DNA of 64,000 bases from Lama glama. Taxonomy: Eukaryota. Shown here piece by piece: positions 26,712 to 39,540 of this stretch (its first letter is position 1; each line of letters opens with the position of its first letter). The translations under genes were made by a program, and so were the position numbers. The stretch lies in assembly GCA_028534125.1 (NCBI GenBank), contig CM052817.1, forward strand, positions 99,574,001 to 99,638,000, read 5' to 3'. The notes beneath the pieces are model-generated. The model did not search any database. It had not been told where the DNA came from and saw nothing but the letters and a program-made list of their open reading frames with translations.

Positions 26712-28048
26712 TTTTTAAAAATTTGAAGTATAGTTGATTTACAATGTTGTGTTAATTTCTGGTGTACAGTGATTCAGTACAGCATAAACACACACACACA
26801 CACATAGATGTATACTCACTTTCAGATTCTTTCCCACTATAATCTATTAAAAGATATTGAATATAGTGCCCTGTACTATATAGTATAACCTTGTTTATCT
26901 ATTTTATATATAGTAGTTTATGTCTGCTAATTCCAAACTCCCAATTTATCCCTCCCTCCCTTCCCCCTTTAGTAACCATAAGTTTGTTTTCTATATCTGT
27001 GAGTCTGTTTCTGTTTTGTAAACAAGCTCATTTGTATCATTTTTTTAGATTCCATGTATAAGTGATATCATAAGGTATTTGTCCTTCTCTGTCTTACTTC
27101 ACTTAGTATGATCATCTCTAGGTCCATCCATGTTGCTGCAGATGGCACTAGTTTATTCTTTTTTATGGCTAATATTCTATTGTATAAATATACCACATCA
27201 TCTTCATCCATTCATCTGTTGATGGACATTTAGGTTGCTTCCATGTCTTGGCTATTGTAAACAGTGCTGCTATGAACAACGGGATGCATATATCTTTTCA
27301 AATTCCAGATATATGCCCAGGAGTGGGAGTGCTGGATCATATGGTCACTCTATTTTTAGTTTTTTAAGGAACCTCCATACTGTTCTCCATAGTGACTGCA
27401 CCAATTTATATCCCCACCAGCAGTGTATAAGTTTCACTTTTCTTCACATCCTGTCCAACATTTATTATTTGTAGACTTTTTTGTTGATAGCCATTCTGAC
27501 CGGTGTGAGGTGATACTTCATTGTAGGTTTGATTTGAATTTCTTGACTAATTAGCGATGTTGAGCATCTTTTCATGTGCCTATTGGCCATGTGTATGTTT
27601 TCTTCAGAGAAAGGTCTGTTTAGTCTTCTGCCCAGTTTTTGACTGGGCTTTTTTTTTTTTTTAATTGAGTTGTATGAATTGTTTGTATATTCTGGAAATT
27701 AAGCCCTTGTCGGTCACATTGTTTTCAAATATTTTCTTCCAGTCTGTAGGTTGTCTTTTTATTTTGTTGATGGTTTCGTTTGCTATGCAAAAGCTTATAA
27801 GTTTGATTAGGTCTCATTTGTTTCTTTTTGCTTTTATTTCTTTTGCCTTGGGAGACTGACCTAAGAAAACATTGCTATAATTCATGTCAAAGAAAGTTTT
27901 GCCTATGTTCTCTTGTAGGAGTTTTACGGTGTCCTGTCTTATGTTTAAGTCTTTAAGCCATTTTGAGTTTATTTTTGTGTATAGTGTGCGAGAGTGTTCT
28001 AATTTCACTGATTTTTCACGTGGCTGTCCAGCTTTCCCGGCACCACTT
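26712..28048 (-). mobile_element. 5'-truncated L1 (about 1.3 kb)
   Basis: L1 ORF2 C-terminal remnant (ORF 27814..28008 KINSKWLKDLNIR); 13-bp TSD caccagccatgat at 26699-26711 and 28049-28061. Confidence 0.92.
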
Positions 28049-28159
28049 CACCAGCCATGATGTTTATGGCATGCTTGACTTTTTAAAAGGGTTTATGAAT
28101 AAATCCTGGAGTGCTGGAGGGTATTATATGTCTTGAATTGTGGGGACATCCACATTTTT

Positions 28160-28658
28160 TTAAAACATTTTTTATTGATTTATAATCATTTTACAATGTT
28201 GTGTCAAATTCCAGTGTTCAGCACAATTTTTCAGTCATTCATGGACATAAACACACTCATTGTCACATTTTTTTTTTCTGTGAGTTATCATAACATTTTG
28301 TGTATATTTCCCTGTGCTATACAGTGTAATCTTGCTTATCTATTCTACAATTTTGAAATCCCAGTCTACCCCTTCCCACCCTCCACCCCCCTGGTAACCA
28401 CAAGTCTGTATTCTCTGTCTGTGAGTCTATTTCTGTCCTGTATTTATGCTTTGTTTTTGTTTGTTTGTTTGTTTTTGTTTTTGTTTTTTAGATTCCATAT
28501 ATGAGCGATCTCATATGGTATTTTTCTTTCTCTTTCTGGCTTACTTCACTTAGAATGACATTCTCCAGGAGCATCCATGTTGCTGCAAATGGCATTATGT
28601 TGTCGGTTTTTATGGCTGAGTAGTATTCCATTGTATAAATATACCACATCTTCTTTAA
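28160..28658 (-). mobile_element. Young 5'-truncated L1 3' end
   Basis: L1 3' UTR text; perfect 14-bp TSD acatccacattttt at 28146-28159 and 28659-28672. Confidence 0.9.
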
Positions 28659-29057
28659 ACATCCACATTTTTAGGAATTAAATATATGGATGATAGTATT
28701 GACACACTAATACTTCATGAGATAAATAATGAGGAGAGGTAGGAAAAAGATAAAAGTGAAGAGGAGGTTTCTGGAAATGCTAGAAAGGCACTGGAGAAGT
28801 CCAGGGTGTCTTATTCACACATACATGTATTAATTTATAGAGCTCTCACTAGGTAAAGGCATTTTGCCACAAACAGGGGACACCAATGTTGTCTCGAGAT
28901 AAATAACCTCTTTCCTCAAGAAGTATGCAGTCTTACTGACAAGAGTGTGAAAAAAAATATTATATAAGGTATTATGGGAGCCTGGAAGAGGCGTGTCTAA
29001 ATTTAGCCCTGGGAGATGTGAGGAAAACACAGATTTGATGCTTAAATAGAACTAGCG

Positions 29058-29235
29058 CAGGTTTCCTCAGCCTTGGTACTGCTGACATTCGTTAAGGGTG
29101 GGAGTAGGGGAGTGTCCTGTGTATCACAGGGTGATTAGCAGCATCCTTGGCCTCTACCTGTTAGATGTCAAAAGCACACACCCTCTACCCCTCTGCAGTT
29201 GCGACAACCCAAAATGTCTCTAGACTTTGCCAAAG
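29058..29235 (-). mobile_element. MER20 fragment
   Basis: caggtttcctcagccttggtactgctgacatt...cagttgcgacaacccaaaatgtctctagac. Confidence 0.75.
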
Positions 29236-30025
29236 CTAAGTTAATGTCAACAAAACAGAGTAATAGAATTTATGTGGGTGGGAGAGAAGCTGGCTTTCCA
29301 TTTCTGGCTGCCAAGTTGATGGTGACAGCAGTGGGATAAAATGTGAAGGCTGGCGGTGGGGGTGGGGTGGGTGGATGTGAGGGAGTAGGACAAAGGCAGT
29401 GATGAGAAGAGAAGAAAGAAGTAAAAGAAATTTCTAGTACCAAGAACAGTTTTAGAGAAGTGGTACTATGGCTATATCAGGTGAAAAAATTAGTCTTTCT
29501 AAGAAGGAACATAAAAAGTCAGTCATTCTAAGAAAAGAACCTTTAAGTTCGGTGTTTATAAACCATGGATTAAGTGTACTACTTTTTTATGATACCTATT
29601 TCAGGACTACAATAAAGCTTGACTTGCTGCATTTCAGGGAAAAGATCATTACAGGTACTTTTATAAACAAAGCCTTGGGCCAACTCTGATTTGATTCTCA
29701 AAACAGAAAGCAATAGTGTTATAGAATAACCAGAATACCTGTGCTTACATCTTTTGTGTGCATCAGTCAAACTTTTATCACCCTATATTACCTGCTAGAT
29801 TAAGGCAATATTATGTAATGGGAGAAGAAAGTATAAGTTAGTAAATAATATTTTAGTGGTGAGACAAATGTAAAGCTACAATGCCATCTTAAAAGTGTCT
29901 AAGTTAATACCATCATCACAATATGTAGGACCAGCTCTGATAAACTGTGAGGAATGGAAAAAAAAAAGTGTAGTTACTTCAAACTAATGAAAACAAATTA
30001 CGTTTTAGTTCTAAAACTCTGATTA

Positions 30026-30192
30026 AAAAAAAATTAAGCTACGAGGATATATTTTACAACGTAGGGATTATAGCCATTATGCTATAATAACTATAAATGG
30101 AATATAACCTTTAAAGTTGTGAATCACTATATTGTACACCTGAAACTTATATAATACTGTACACCAACTATACCTCAATAAAAAAAATTAAA
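30026..30192 (+). mobile_element. Short L1 3' end
   Basis: tgtacacctgaaac...aactatacctcaataaaaaa; 14-bp TSD taaaactctgatta at 30012-30025 and 30193-30206. Confidence 0.85.
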
Positions 30193-32667
30193 TAAAACTC
30201 TGATTAGCTTCCATAGTTAAAATTTGGGTATGGTGGGGGTGGGGGGTGGTGGTGAATCCCTTCTTAAGAATTAGAAAATAAAGATTAGTGTAAAAACTAA
30301 CTGAGATTCAATTAGAATGGCTTTTGCTAAAGTTAAAAACTATAGCAAAACTACAACATACTTCTATTAATATTCTGAAAGCTTTAGGCAAAAAGTTATA
30401 TGAGTTCTGAGTTCACTAACTTTCATCACCATTGACAGCTCAGTTATAATCACTTAAATCTATAATATAACATCAAGTTACATCAGGTATTTTTCTACTT
30501 AATCTTTCTCAAAGACAAGAAAATCCTATGTCCAACCTTTATCTACATACTTGGTTTCAGGACAAATAAAGTTAATACATACTTAGATGAGTTTCATTAA
30601 TATACTCTACCTATTATAACATTTGTAAAATGAGTTCTATTGACAGTATATGTGTGAACATGGAGAATATGCAGGGCAGGTAGAGAGACAGCAAACAGGA
30701 TGCACGAGGTACCTCCAGGCCAGCAGGACTGCAGTGGGGAAAGTACAGGATGTGGAGCCAGCCAGAGACCTGCTTTCCTGTTTGTCTGAGCTCAGTCAAC
30801 TTACTTACTTGCTGGAATTGTTTCTTATCTGCAATATGTGGATACTATTGCCCATCTTTTGGCTTGTTACTAAGACTGAATGAAAAAAACTACATAAAAT
30901 ATACAGCACAGTGCTTGGCACATATTAATGTCTCAGAAAATGTTAGTTCTATTTCCTACCCTATTTTCCAATACACAAATTTCTGTAGTCCGTAATTACA
31001 TGAGGCTGAAACTTTTAGAGCTATCCTGCCAACACCAGTTGAGCTGCTCTGTCGTTATCATAGCCTTACCTTATAAATTCAAATAATTGACTATTTCCAT
31101 TTCAGTTGCGATTATTATGCACAACTTACAACCATTCTGAGTTTCACAATGCATGCTTCTCATGTACCTAATCTCTCACCAAGCTGAAGCAATAGCAAGG
31201 TCAAGAGAACAAAGCAGACCAACATGCTTTTGTGAGCACTGCATTTTCCCCGTTGAGAACACAGATCTTTGTTTTTCTTTAGGTCATCCTTCCTATGACG
31301 TTTTTCACAAAATGCGCATGGTGATCAGTAGCTCTGCAGAGCTTCACATTTCTTTAGCGCCGTTAAAAAAGAAGTCCCACAGAAGTGTTCAAAGATTCTG
31401 GAAGAGGCTTTTAATGTTACTATTAGTAACTATAGTACATTTAAAATTAGATTGTTGCCCTGTCCCTTCCAATTCTTTGAGTTGTTTTCTCTTTTTTTCC
31501 ATGCATGCATGTCTTTACTTTCTAATTAGACTGCAGACTTCTCAAGGAGAGAGAATGTCCTCTACCCATTTTTATAGTGCAACTCAGTGGAAATGTATCA
31601 TGTGCTCACTAATGTGAACTCCATCCTACTCACAGAGAGAAACAAATATCATTTGAATAGTCCAGGTGATTCCACCTACAATCTACTTAATAAGCAAATC
31701 CTCAGAAATAATTTTGATCCTGGATTTGTTCTGTCAGTTTCAATCCCCAGTTATACCTTGTATGCACACCTTGCCAAAACTGCCTGGGTCTGATGTTCAA
31801 AAATAGGTATTTTTCATACAAAATGTCACCTTGATGAGCAGGTGAGCATCTGGTGCTCAATGAAGAACAGTACTCTCTTCTAAAAGTAGATGGAAAACTG
31901 GCCAGTTTCACCTTTTTAAGAGATGGTGCTTTAGACTCCAACATAGCACCTAATTTGGCAAGAAACACTGTTCTTTAAGTGTCAATTATGGAATTTCAGG
32001 GGTTATTCTGCCTATTCACAGATTTTTCATTGTACAGTATCTTTAGAACCTGTCTCTTTTTAAGTTAAGCCTCTGGTAATTCCCAAGCAATGAGCAGTAG
32101 AAACTTCACTGGTGTGCTGCTCAATTTCAAACCATATGTCATACACAACAGCATACAGTGATGTTAATCAGATGCAGCTATGGGTTATGTTAGATGACAC
32201 AGAGGCATGTACCATTTGCTCTGAGGAGAGGAAAGGGCATGTCAACTCACCACCCAAGAAACGAGGCATTTACTGCAACATGTGAGAACAGGATCTTTAG
32301 CCGGATCTTCAAATGTTAACACAAAAAGTTTGAGAACTACGGGTCTGATGTATAACCGTGTTCAACAAGCACATGTTGAGTGAACCAAGGAAATAATAAC
32401 CAGAGTAAGTATTTTCTGAGTTTATATCTTTCCTCTATAGTCAACCTAAACTGATCTATAGAATGAGTTTATATAGAAAACTTAGAAAGACAAAATTTAA
32501 TCCTCCCTTTGCTGGATATATAGCAATACAGAAGGATTAAATCTTATGATTAGAAGTTCTTTGTTGGTAAAGGGTGTGAAAAGGATCACACAGTTCTAAA
32601 GGAGTGTCCCTTATAAGCCAGGACAAAGGGAAGGATAATAAAATGTTAAAGAAATAAGTGGCAGTTT

Positions 32668-32955
32668 TACAGACTCACATAGAAAACAAACTTATGGTTA
32701 CCAGGGGAAAGGAGGTAGGAAGGGATAAACTGGGAGTTCAAGATTTGCAGATACTGACTGGTATATATAAAATAGATAAACAAGTTTATACTGTATAGGT
32801 CAGGAAACTATATTCGGTATCTTGTAGTAGCTTATGGTGAAAAATAATATGAAAATGAATATATGTATATTCATACATGACTGAAGCAATGTGCTGTACA
32901 CCAGAAATTGACACAACATTGTAAACTGACTATACTTCAATAAAAAAAAACACTC

Positions 32956-32987
<32 letters not shown>

Positions 32988-32990
32988 GAA
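32668..32990 (+). mobile_element. L1 3' end with A/(GAAAA)n tail
   Basis: acagactcacatagaaaacaaacttatggttacc...tatacttcaataaaa; imperfect TSD aaagaaat(aa/gt)gtggcagttt on both sides. Confidence 0.88.
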
Positions 32991-35900
32991 ATGTGTGGCA
33001 GTTTCAGTTTAAAGCCCCCCAAACATCCAGAAACTGATTTTTCAAACTTTGGTCTTAGTAGCTGATGATATCTGTATTTCTGACTAAAAGACAGGCATGT
33101 ACTTATTTATTATGAGAAAACTTTGATTTTCAACTAAGAAAGTTAATACTTATTTCATTCCAGGCATTATGCTAGATACCAAGGAAATAAGATTTACAGC
33201 TAGGACATGGTCCCTGGCTGTAAGATGCTCATGATCTAGTGAGAAACCTGTGGACAGAAGGTCACAATTTGTATATATTTCTGTTTTTCTTAAAATTAGG
33301 TCTTTCATATACTTGGTACCTTGTATTAGAGATGTTTTTGTTATTTCTTCTACTAGACTATAAACTCTTTCTCAGGCAATGTAGACACTGGAATAATGTT
33401 GCATATAAACCTTACATTTTATAAATTATGGCCAATTAAAAAAACTAGGTAATTTTTAAAGTCCTTTTGGCATGTTCATATTCCATGCCATAAAATATTT
33501 TAGATGATAAGTAAAGAAGTCTCCTGAAAACAAATGACTCATGCAATTCCACCCTATTTAACAATGACTTTTAAAGAGAAGTTTTCTCTTTTTTAAAGAA
33601 AGAAAATCCACACCCTTCCCTAAAACCTGTCATTCTGGTGTAAAAACCTATATGCAGCTGAGCTCCTACTGGACAAGGTTCACACATCCCTTTGGTCACT
33701 TCTTTATTGATGTTCAGGGAAAACCTAGTATAAACTCCTGTGACAGACACGAGACTGGCAGGGGACTCCATCTGGCAAGAGAAATTAGGATGCAGGCAGC
33801 TTGGTGGAAATCCAGAGTCATTTGGTCACACTACAGAAGGAATAATTTAAAGGCAGATGTTTCCTACATCGTAGATCACATACAGAGTCCTAATGCCTAC
33901 ATAGTAAGAAGCAAAAACCAAGTGAAAGCCCTCAGCTCAAGGATGAAAAAATACTCAGGGAGAAAAAAGGAGAAAAAGTTTCTCGTAACAGATTAGTTTA
34001 TATCACTTATCTAGAAAAATCTGCTTTATGGCGGAAGTTTGTTTTTTAACTTAAACATATAGAAGTACTCCAATATGATGGTTCTCATCAGAACATATCA
34101 TCTATTTTTCTCTTCTCTTGGTCCTATTATGCAAAAGGCTAGAAGAGGGTGGATTGTAGAAAGAGGTAACGACCCCACCCCCTACACTTGCTACTGTAAA
34201 CTCAGAAGAACACCTGGTAACACTGTTTGATGTCAGTTATGGAGACTAGCTCTTTTCTAACATTTCTGACTATAGCTTTTCACTATCTTTTTTCTTCCTT
34301 AGTGCATGAACAAATCGAACATTTAAAAAATAACCTGAGAAACTCAGGTGTCTCCTTTGGAGACACTGAAAAAATCAAAGACACATATATGTAGATAAAT
34401 AAGAGTATCTGATTAATAGATTATTTGACATTTAGGTCATAAAGGATACAGGAGGACAGGTAGGAAGGATGGAAGGAGGAAAAGAGGAATGAGACTCTAT
34501 ACACAACCTGATAAATCTATCAGAGTAAAAGTCAGGGGATTAATTTTTAGTAGAGGTACAATTAGTACAGACCAATATTTCTGGCTTTCATTTTGACAAC
34601 ATTCCTAACTCCTTTTGAATAATTCAGGATTGAAACCTAGAGGAGATAACCGCATAGCACCGGTGCTTGGTGTCTCCTGATGATGTGGCAATCAAAGTCA
34701 GCACCAAAACTCAAAAGTTCCAGAAGTATTTGGAGCTGGACTAGTAACAAAATATGTTACAAAGGGGTGTGTGTAGGCATATGAGTATCTGGGAAGATGC
34801 CTTAACCTTAGCATGTGGTGGTTTTCAAATGAAACCAAATTCATCTCAATTAACCAGCATGATATTCTCTTGTAAAAAAATAAAACTTTGTTACTAATAA
34901 AAATGAATGAAAAATCAGTGGGTTTAGTAGAAGGCAGCAAGGAAAGAAAAAAGGTGAGAAACATGATTTTGTGTTTCTCCATTCTTTACGGGATTAACAA
35001 AACTGCCGCAAGGTATGGCAGTGTGCTGTTTTTCACTGCAAAGATAAATACATATTTTAAGCATGTGAAACTGATCGAAATATTAAGTCATACTTCCAAC
35101 AAGACAGAAAGAAATTAGGTCAGTTCGAAACACAAACTTTAAAAAGGTATTACTTCTAAAATGTTAGCTCCATTTTTGATTTGAAATAGGCAGATATTTT
35201 TTGAAAGCTATGTTTAAATGTTAGTAATAAAGTGCATAAATTATTTGTTATGACACTACAAGGTTTTTCTACACCAATAATCTTGCTTTGTTTTTGCTTT
35301 TTTTTTTTTTTAAATTGAAGTATAGTCAGTTTACAATGTTGTGTCGATTTCTGGTGTATACAACAATAATTAAAAAAAATCTCTTTTAAAAGTGAATGTC
35401 GTAGCCACTCATTTCTTAGCCTTGTAATCTCTTGATCAAAGGTTTTAGTTGGCTAAGTCCTTCCTTTTACCTTTTGAGAGATTCCTATAGCATTATATTT
35501 CTGTCTTTTCCCCAAATCTCAGTGATGTCTAAGCCAGAATAAAATACACTTAATCAGTGGTGGAGGAAACAACAATGAAGCAATAAACATATGCAAAACA
35601 GAAAACTTAATCAATGTAATTTCACATATTAAAGGCCTTAAAATGCTTTTATTTTGCTAATAAAAATAAATACATTTAAAAAATCATTTACCAAGTACTT
35701 CAAAAACTGGTAGTTCTTAGAGTTTCTGTTAAGGCCTAAAACTAAGAACGTAAAAGAGAACACAGAGACAGCTGAGCTCATTCTAACAACATTGTTCTCC
35801 TCTGGGAACTGGAACAGACACTTCAACAGCGGGTGGGCGTGAAAACTTTTACTGCAAATATTCCACAATTTCTCTATTACATAAGGAGTGCAAGCAGAGC

Positions 35901-36789
35901 ACCCACCAACTAGCATCTATTTTTTGCAAAGCCACTGGAAATCTCTCCCACTAGAAGACAAGAACGTATCTGGCAGCTAAAGGACTTTAAAGTCATTTAA
36001 AATTTTGACTACCAATAGTTATAAGAAATTACCTAACACCTATAGTAAATTGCTAGATGAGGGAAACCACAGAAGAACAGGCTTTAGGATTTGCATTAGA
36101 TATTTGAAGACACATTCACTTAAAGTATGACTGTTCATGAAGACGCTGGGTATGACTGCCCCTGAACAAGTAGCTCTATCTTTACAGGACATTTTAAAAG
36201 ATTCACAGTGCAAATCTGCCTCCTACAAGCATCAGGAGAAAGTGGAAAGGAGCGAAGCAAGAAGATGAGAAGAGAAAACAGGACAGAATGGCAGGAAGGG
36301 GTCCGGCTCTGTTGCGGGTGAGTGGGACGCCAATGCTCTCAAGGTAAGGGCTCTGCCTGAGGAGGGAGGAAGCCACACCGGCACCACACTGATGTAACTG
36401 GCCTGCTCCACGGGAGGTTCATGCTGCCCCATCCCCATGCATCCCCTCTTCCCTCTCACACTGGGGGGGAGAGGCACTGTTTTCAGGATTCTCACCGAGT
36501 CTCCCTCCTGACCAGCTCTACCCACGGTGAAATGGCCCCAAGTGAAATCTGTGGCAAAGCAACAGACTATGACCCACTGATACTGAAATTTACTTCTATA
36601 CGGTAGATAAACGGATCCCCAAACAATATTCAGTGTGATCTCAAATCTTATTTTTTAAATCCCTTACTTAAAAATAAACCACATATATTATATACACAGA
36701 CATCTACATACCTTATATATACATGTACACATGTGTGTAATTTGCATATTTATATTTTATATTTATATAAGAAAAGTGAGAACACATCT

Positions 36790-37505
36790 ACCAATTGGTG
36801 CACTGGAGCCAGCTCACACTAGCTCATGAAATCTGACAATTAAATTATCAGAAATTCTGCAGGCCAGTTTTTAAACATAGTCATTATTAAAAATTATATA
36901 AGCTTTATGTAAATTATATAATTTTACAATTAAATAAATCAAACAAACCAACTATACTTCAATAGAAAAGAATGTAAATAAAAACATAAAAAAAGAACAA
37001 AAACAAAGTAATAAGTACACAAAACTCATCTCATAATTATTTTACTACATTTTATTATTATCTGTGTTCTCAAGATGATCCATGCCTATCAGTTCTGAAT
37101 AGTGGAGATGCTACATAATGATGTGCCACTGGGCACCTTTTTCCAGTTCATTATCGATGTTGTCATGTTGGCCATGGTGGGAATATTTTCACCACAAAAA
37201 CTGGCAAACTAGGGCTGAATTTATCATTTTACTGATGGTCTAGACTTAAGAAAGTAATGGAGAAAATGTTAACAATGCAGATTCAACATAAAAGCATGTT
37301 CTGTTTGTAGCTGTTACATTATGAATATCACAAAAAATTGAGAAAATATTCTTCCAGTATTTGAAAACTATTATCTGAACCAGCAGAGAAGTTGCTCAGG
37401 CCATTGACAAAATGGGTGGAAATTCTGACATATGTTTTGCTTGTTTCACTTTCATTTTACTCATTAATATAAATCAAAGTATCAACAATATTCATATTGG
37501 AATTA
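36790..37505 (+). mobile_element. hAT-Tip100 (Zaphod-like) DNA transposon remnant
   Basis: Left end gtgcactggagccagctcacactagctcatga...taaattatcagaaattctgc resembles the recalled consensus terminus. Confidence 0.55.
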
Positions 37506-38496
37506 CACTTAGAGAGCTGTTTGCTAAAGGTTCATCAGTACACCATGGCATATGATTTGTTATCTACCTGTATCTCTGTCTTTTCCAAGTTTTATACAAC
37601 AGACATTATTACTTCTGTAATTTGTAAGTTTTTTTTTTAAAGATTTTTTTTGCTATGGCAAAAAACAAAAAAAGCAATTGGTTGATGTCAAATTCATGAC
37701 TTTTGAATAATTAAAATTACATTCAAACCATCAGATAATCAATCACTTTCTGGAAATAGTAGGCTATGGTCAAATCTAAATGTTATTATGGGGATGAAAG
37801 TTCTCCAGAATCCTTGCACGGACAGCAGCATGTACACAGCTTCAAAAAAGCTTACAAAAAGAAAATTATCAAAATCCCTTTTGCTCCAGCATAAAATATA
37901 AAAAACCCAAGGAATTAACGGTCAAATTAAATGAACATAAACATTTAGAATTTAAAAGTCATTAAAGTAACTATTATTTCCTTAGTGTATTCTGTGTTCC
38001 AGAGATTCTTCTAGGTGCTGGGGACAAGAGTTAAAAGGACGAGCCTCTGTGTTCAAAGAGCTTATAGCAGCTTTAGCACTATAAGCTAAAGGAAAGGAAA
38101 TCATAAGCAAAACAAAATAACAACCTATGGAATAGGAGAAAATATTTGCAAATAATGAAACTAACAATGGTTTAATTTCCAGAGTATGTAAACAGCTCAT
38201 ACAACCTAATAACAAAAAACAAACAACCCAATCCAAAAATGGGCAGAAGACCTAAATAAGCAATTCTCCAAAGAAGTCATACAAATGGTCAATGAAAAAA
38301 TGCTCAATATCACTAATTATCAGAGAAATGCAAATCAAAACTACAGTGAGGTATCACCTCACATGAGTCAGAATGGCCACCATTCAAAAGTCCACAAACG
38401 ATAAATGCTGGAGAGGGTGTGGAGAAAAGGGAATGCTCCTACATTGCTGGTAGGAATGTAGCTTTGTACAGCTGTCATGGAAAACAGTATGGAGAT

Positions 38497-39540
38497 TGTG
38501 GGAGCCCATGACTGGGTTAACAAATTGTAACAGACCCCAGCCGCTTGTCTTCTTAAAGAAGAACAACTGTGCTTAGTAACTGCTTTGCAAGCAGGCGCCT
38601 GTGCATCTGCACTCTGGTCTCCTTGCCATAAAAAGCAGAGACAATGCCTTGTTTGCATAGTTGAGGTTTTAGATAGCACTCTGCTTGTGGCAAACCAACG
38701 ACCCAGGCCCTCAGCTATAAACACTGGGCGTGCCTGCTGTTAGATAGTCTTCTATCCCCAAAACAAGGAACTGGCTGGTCTGGTGGTCTGCTTTAACATA
38801 TCTATAAGAATGTATCTTGTTCCCCTCTTCCCATGACTTCACTAAAGATAAACTGTAGCCGCCCTGCCCCCACCTTGCTCCCTGACTGTGGGAACAAAGG
38901 AAGGAGCCTTGGGCTGGAATGGTAAACAAGTTATAAAAAGTTGCAGACTCAGAGGTGAGAAGGCTGGTTAGCCAATGATGGGTAAGATCCCCAGAGGGGG
39001 GCAACCTAAGACAGGCACAGCCACCTGAGTCCAGGAAAAATGTTGTTAAGCAGCTGCTTCTCATACGTTCCACCCTGATAAGCTGTAAGGCTCGCTGGTG
39101 CCAACACGAACATGATTTACCAAAACATAAAGGGTCTTCTGACCTTGAGCTGGACACTGCCTGTTAACCATTTCCCTTATCATTCTTCTTTGCTATATAA
39201 GACTATGTAACTTTAGAGAAGCCATCAGCTCTCTCCGCAAGGTGTTAGTGTGTACATTGATATTGCAACACCAACAATAAACAAAGCCTTTGTACTCACT
39301 GTGATTTCTACAATCTCTATCCCACCCTGTCTTTCCTTAAATTCCTGCATTCCATCACACAACTGTTAGTGATTTCTCCTTTGATTGTATACAGTAAATG
39401 TGGGAGCATTTGAGAGGTTCATGGAGTTGGCTCCCAACTCCCTCTCGCTCTCTTGAGTTTTTCCACAGAGTCTCGAGTAATTCATTCCATCTCAGTGGGA
39501 CTTCTGTAGGCCAGAACCCACAACTGGTGATGAACTCACA
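38497..39540 (+). mobile_element. Solo LTR, ERV2/betaretrovirus-like (1044 bp), inserted into an L1
   Basis: TG...CA termini; perfect 6-bp TSD GGAGAT (38491-38496 and 39541-39546) splitting the L1 motif gtatggagat|tcctcaaaa; TATATAA at 39194-39200; AATAAA at 39276-39281. Confidence 0.9.
38946..39031 (+). promoter_or_regulatory. Half-CTE / TAP(NXF1)-binding RNA export hairpin in LTR U3
   Basis: AGCCAATGATGGGTAAGA...AACCTAAGACAGGC closely matches the recalled MPMV/SRV CTE core (AGCCAATGACGGGTAAGA...AACCTAAGACAGG); complementary arms close the stem. Confidence 0.8.

Noticed and set aside
38711..39157. 148-aa minus-strand ORF inside the LTR (possible sag-like accessory gene)
   Set aside because: Antisense to the LTR, no recognisable homology or codon signal.
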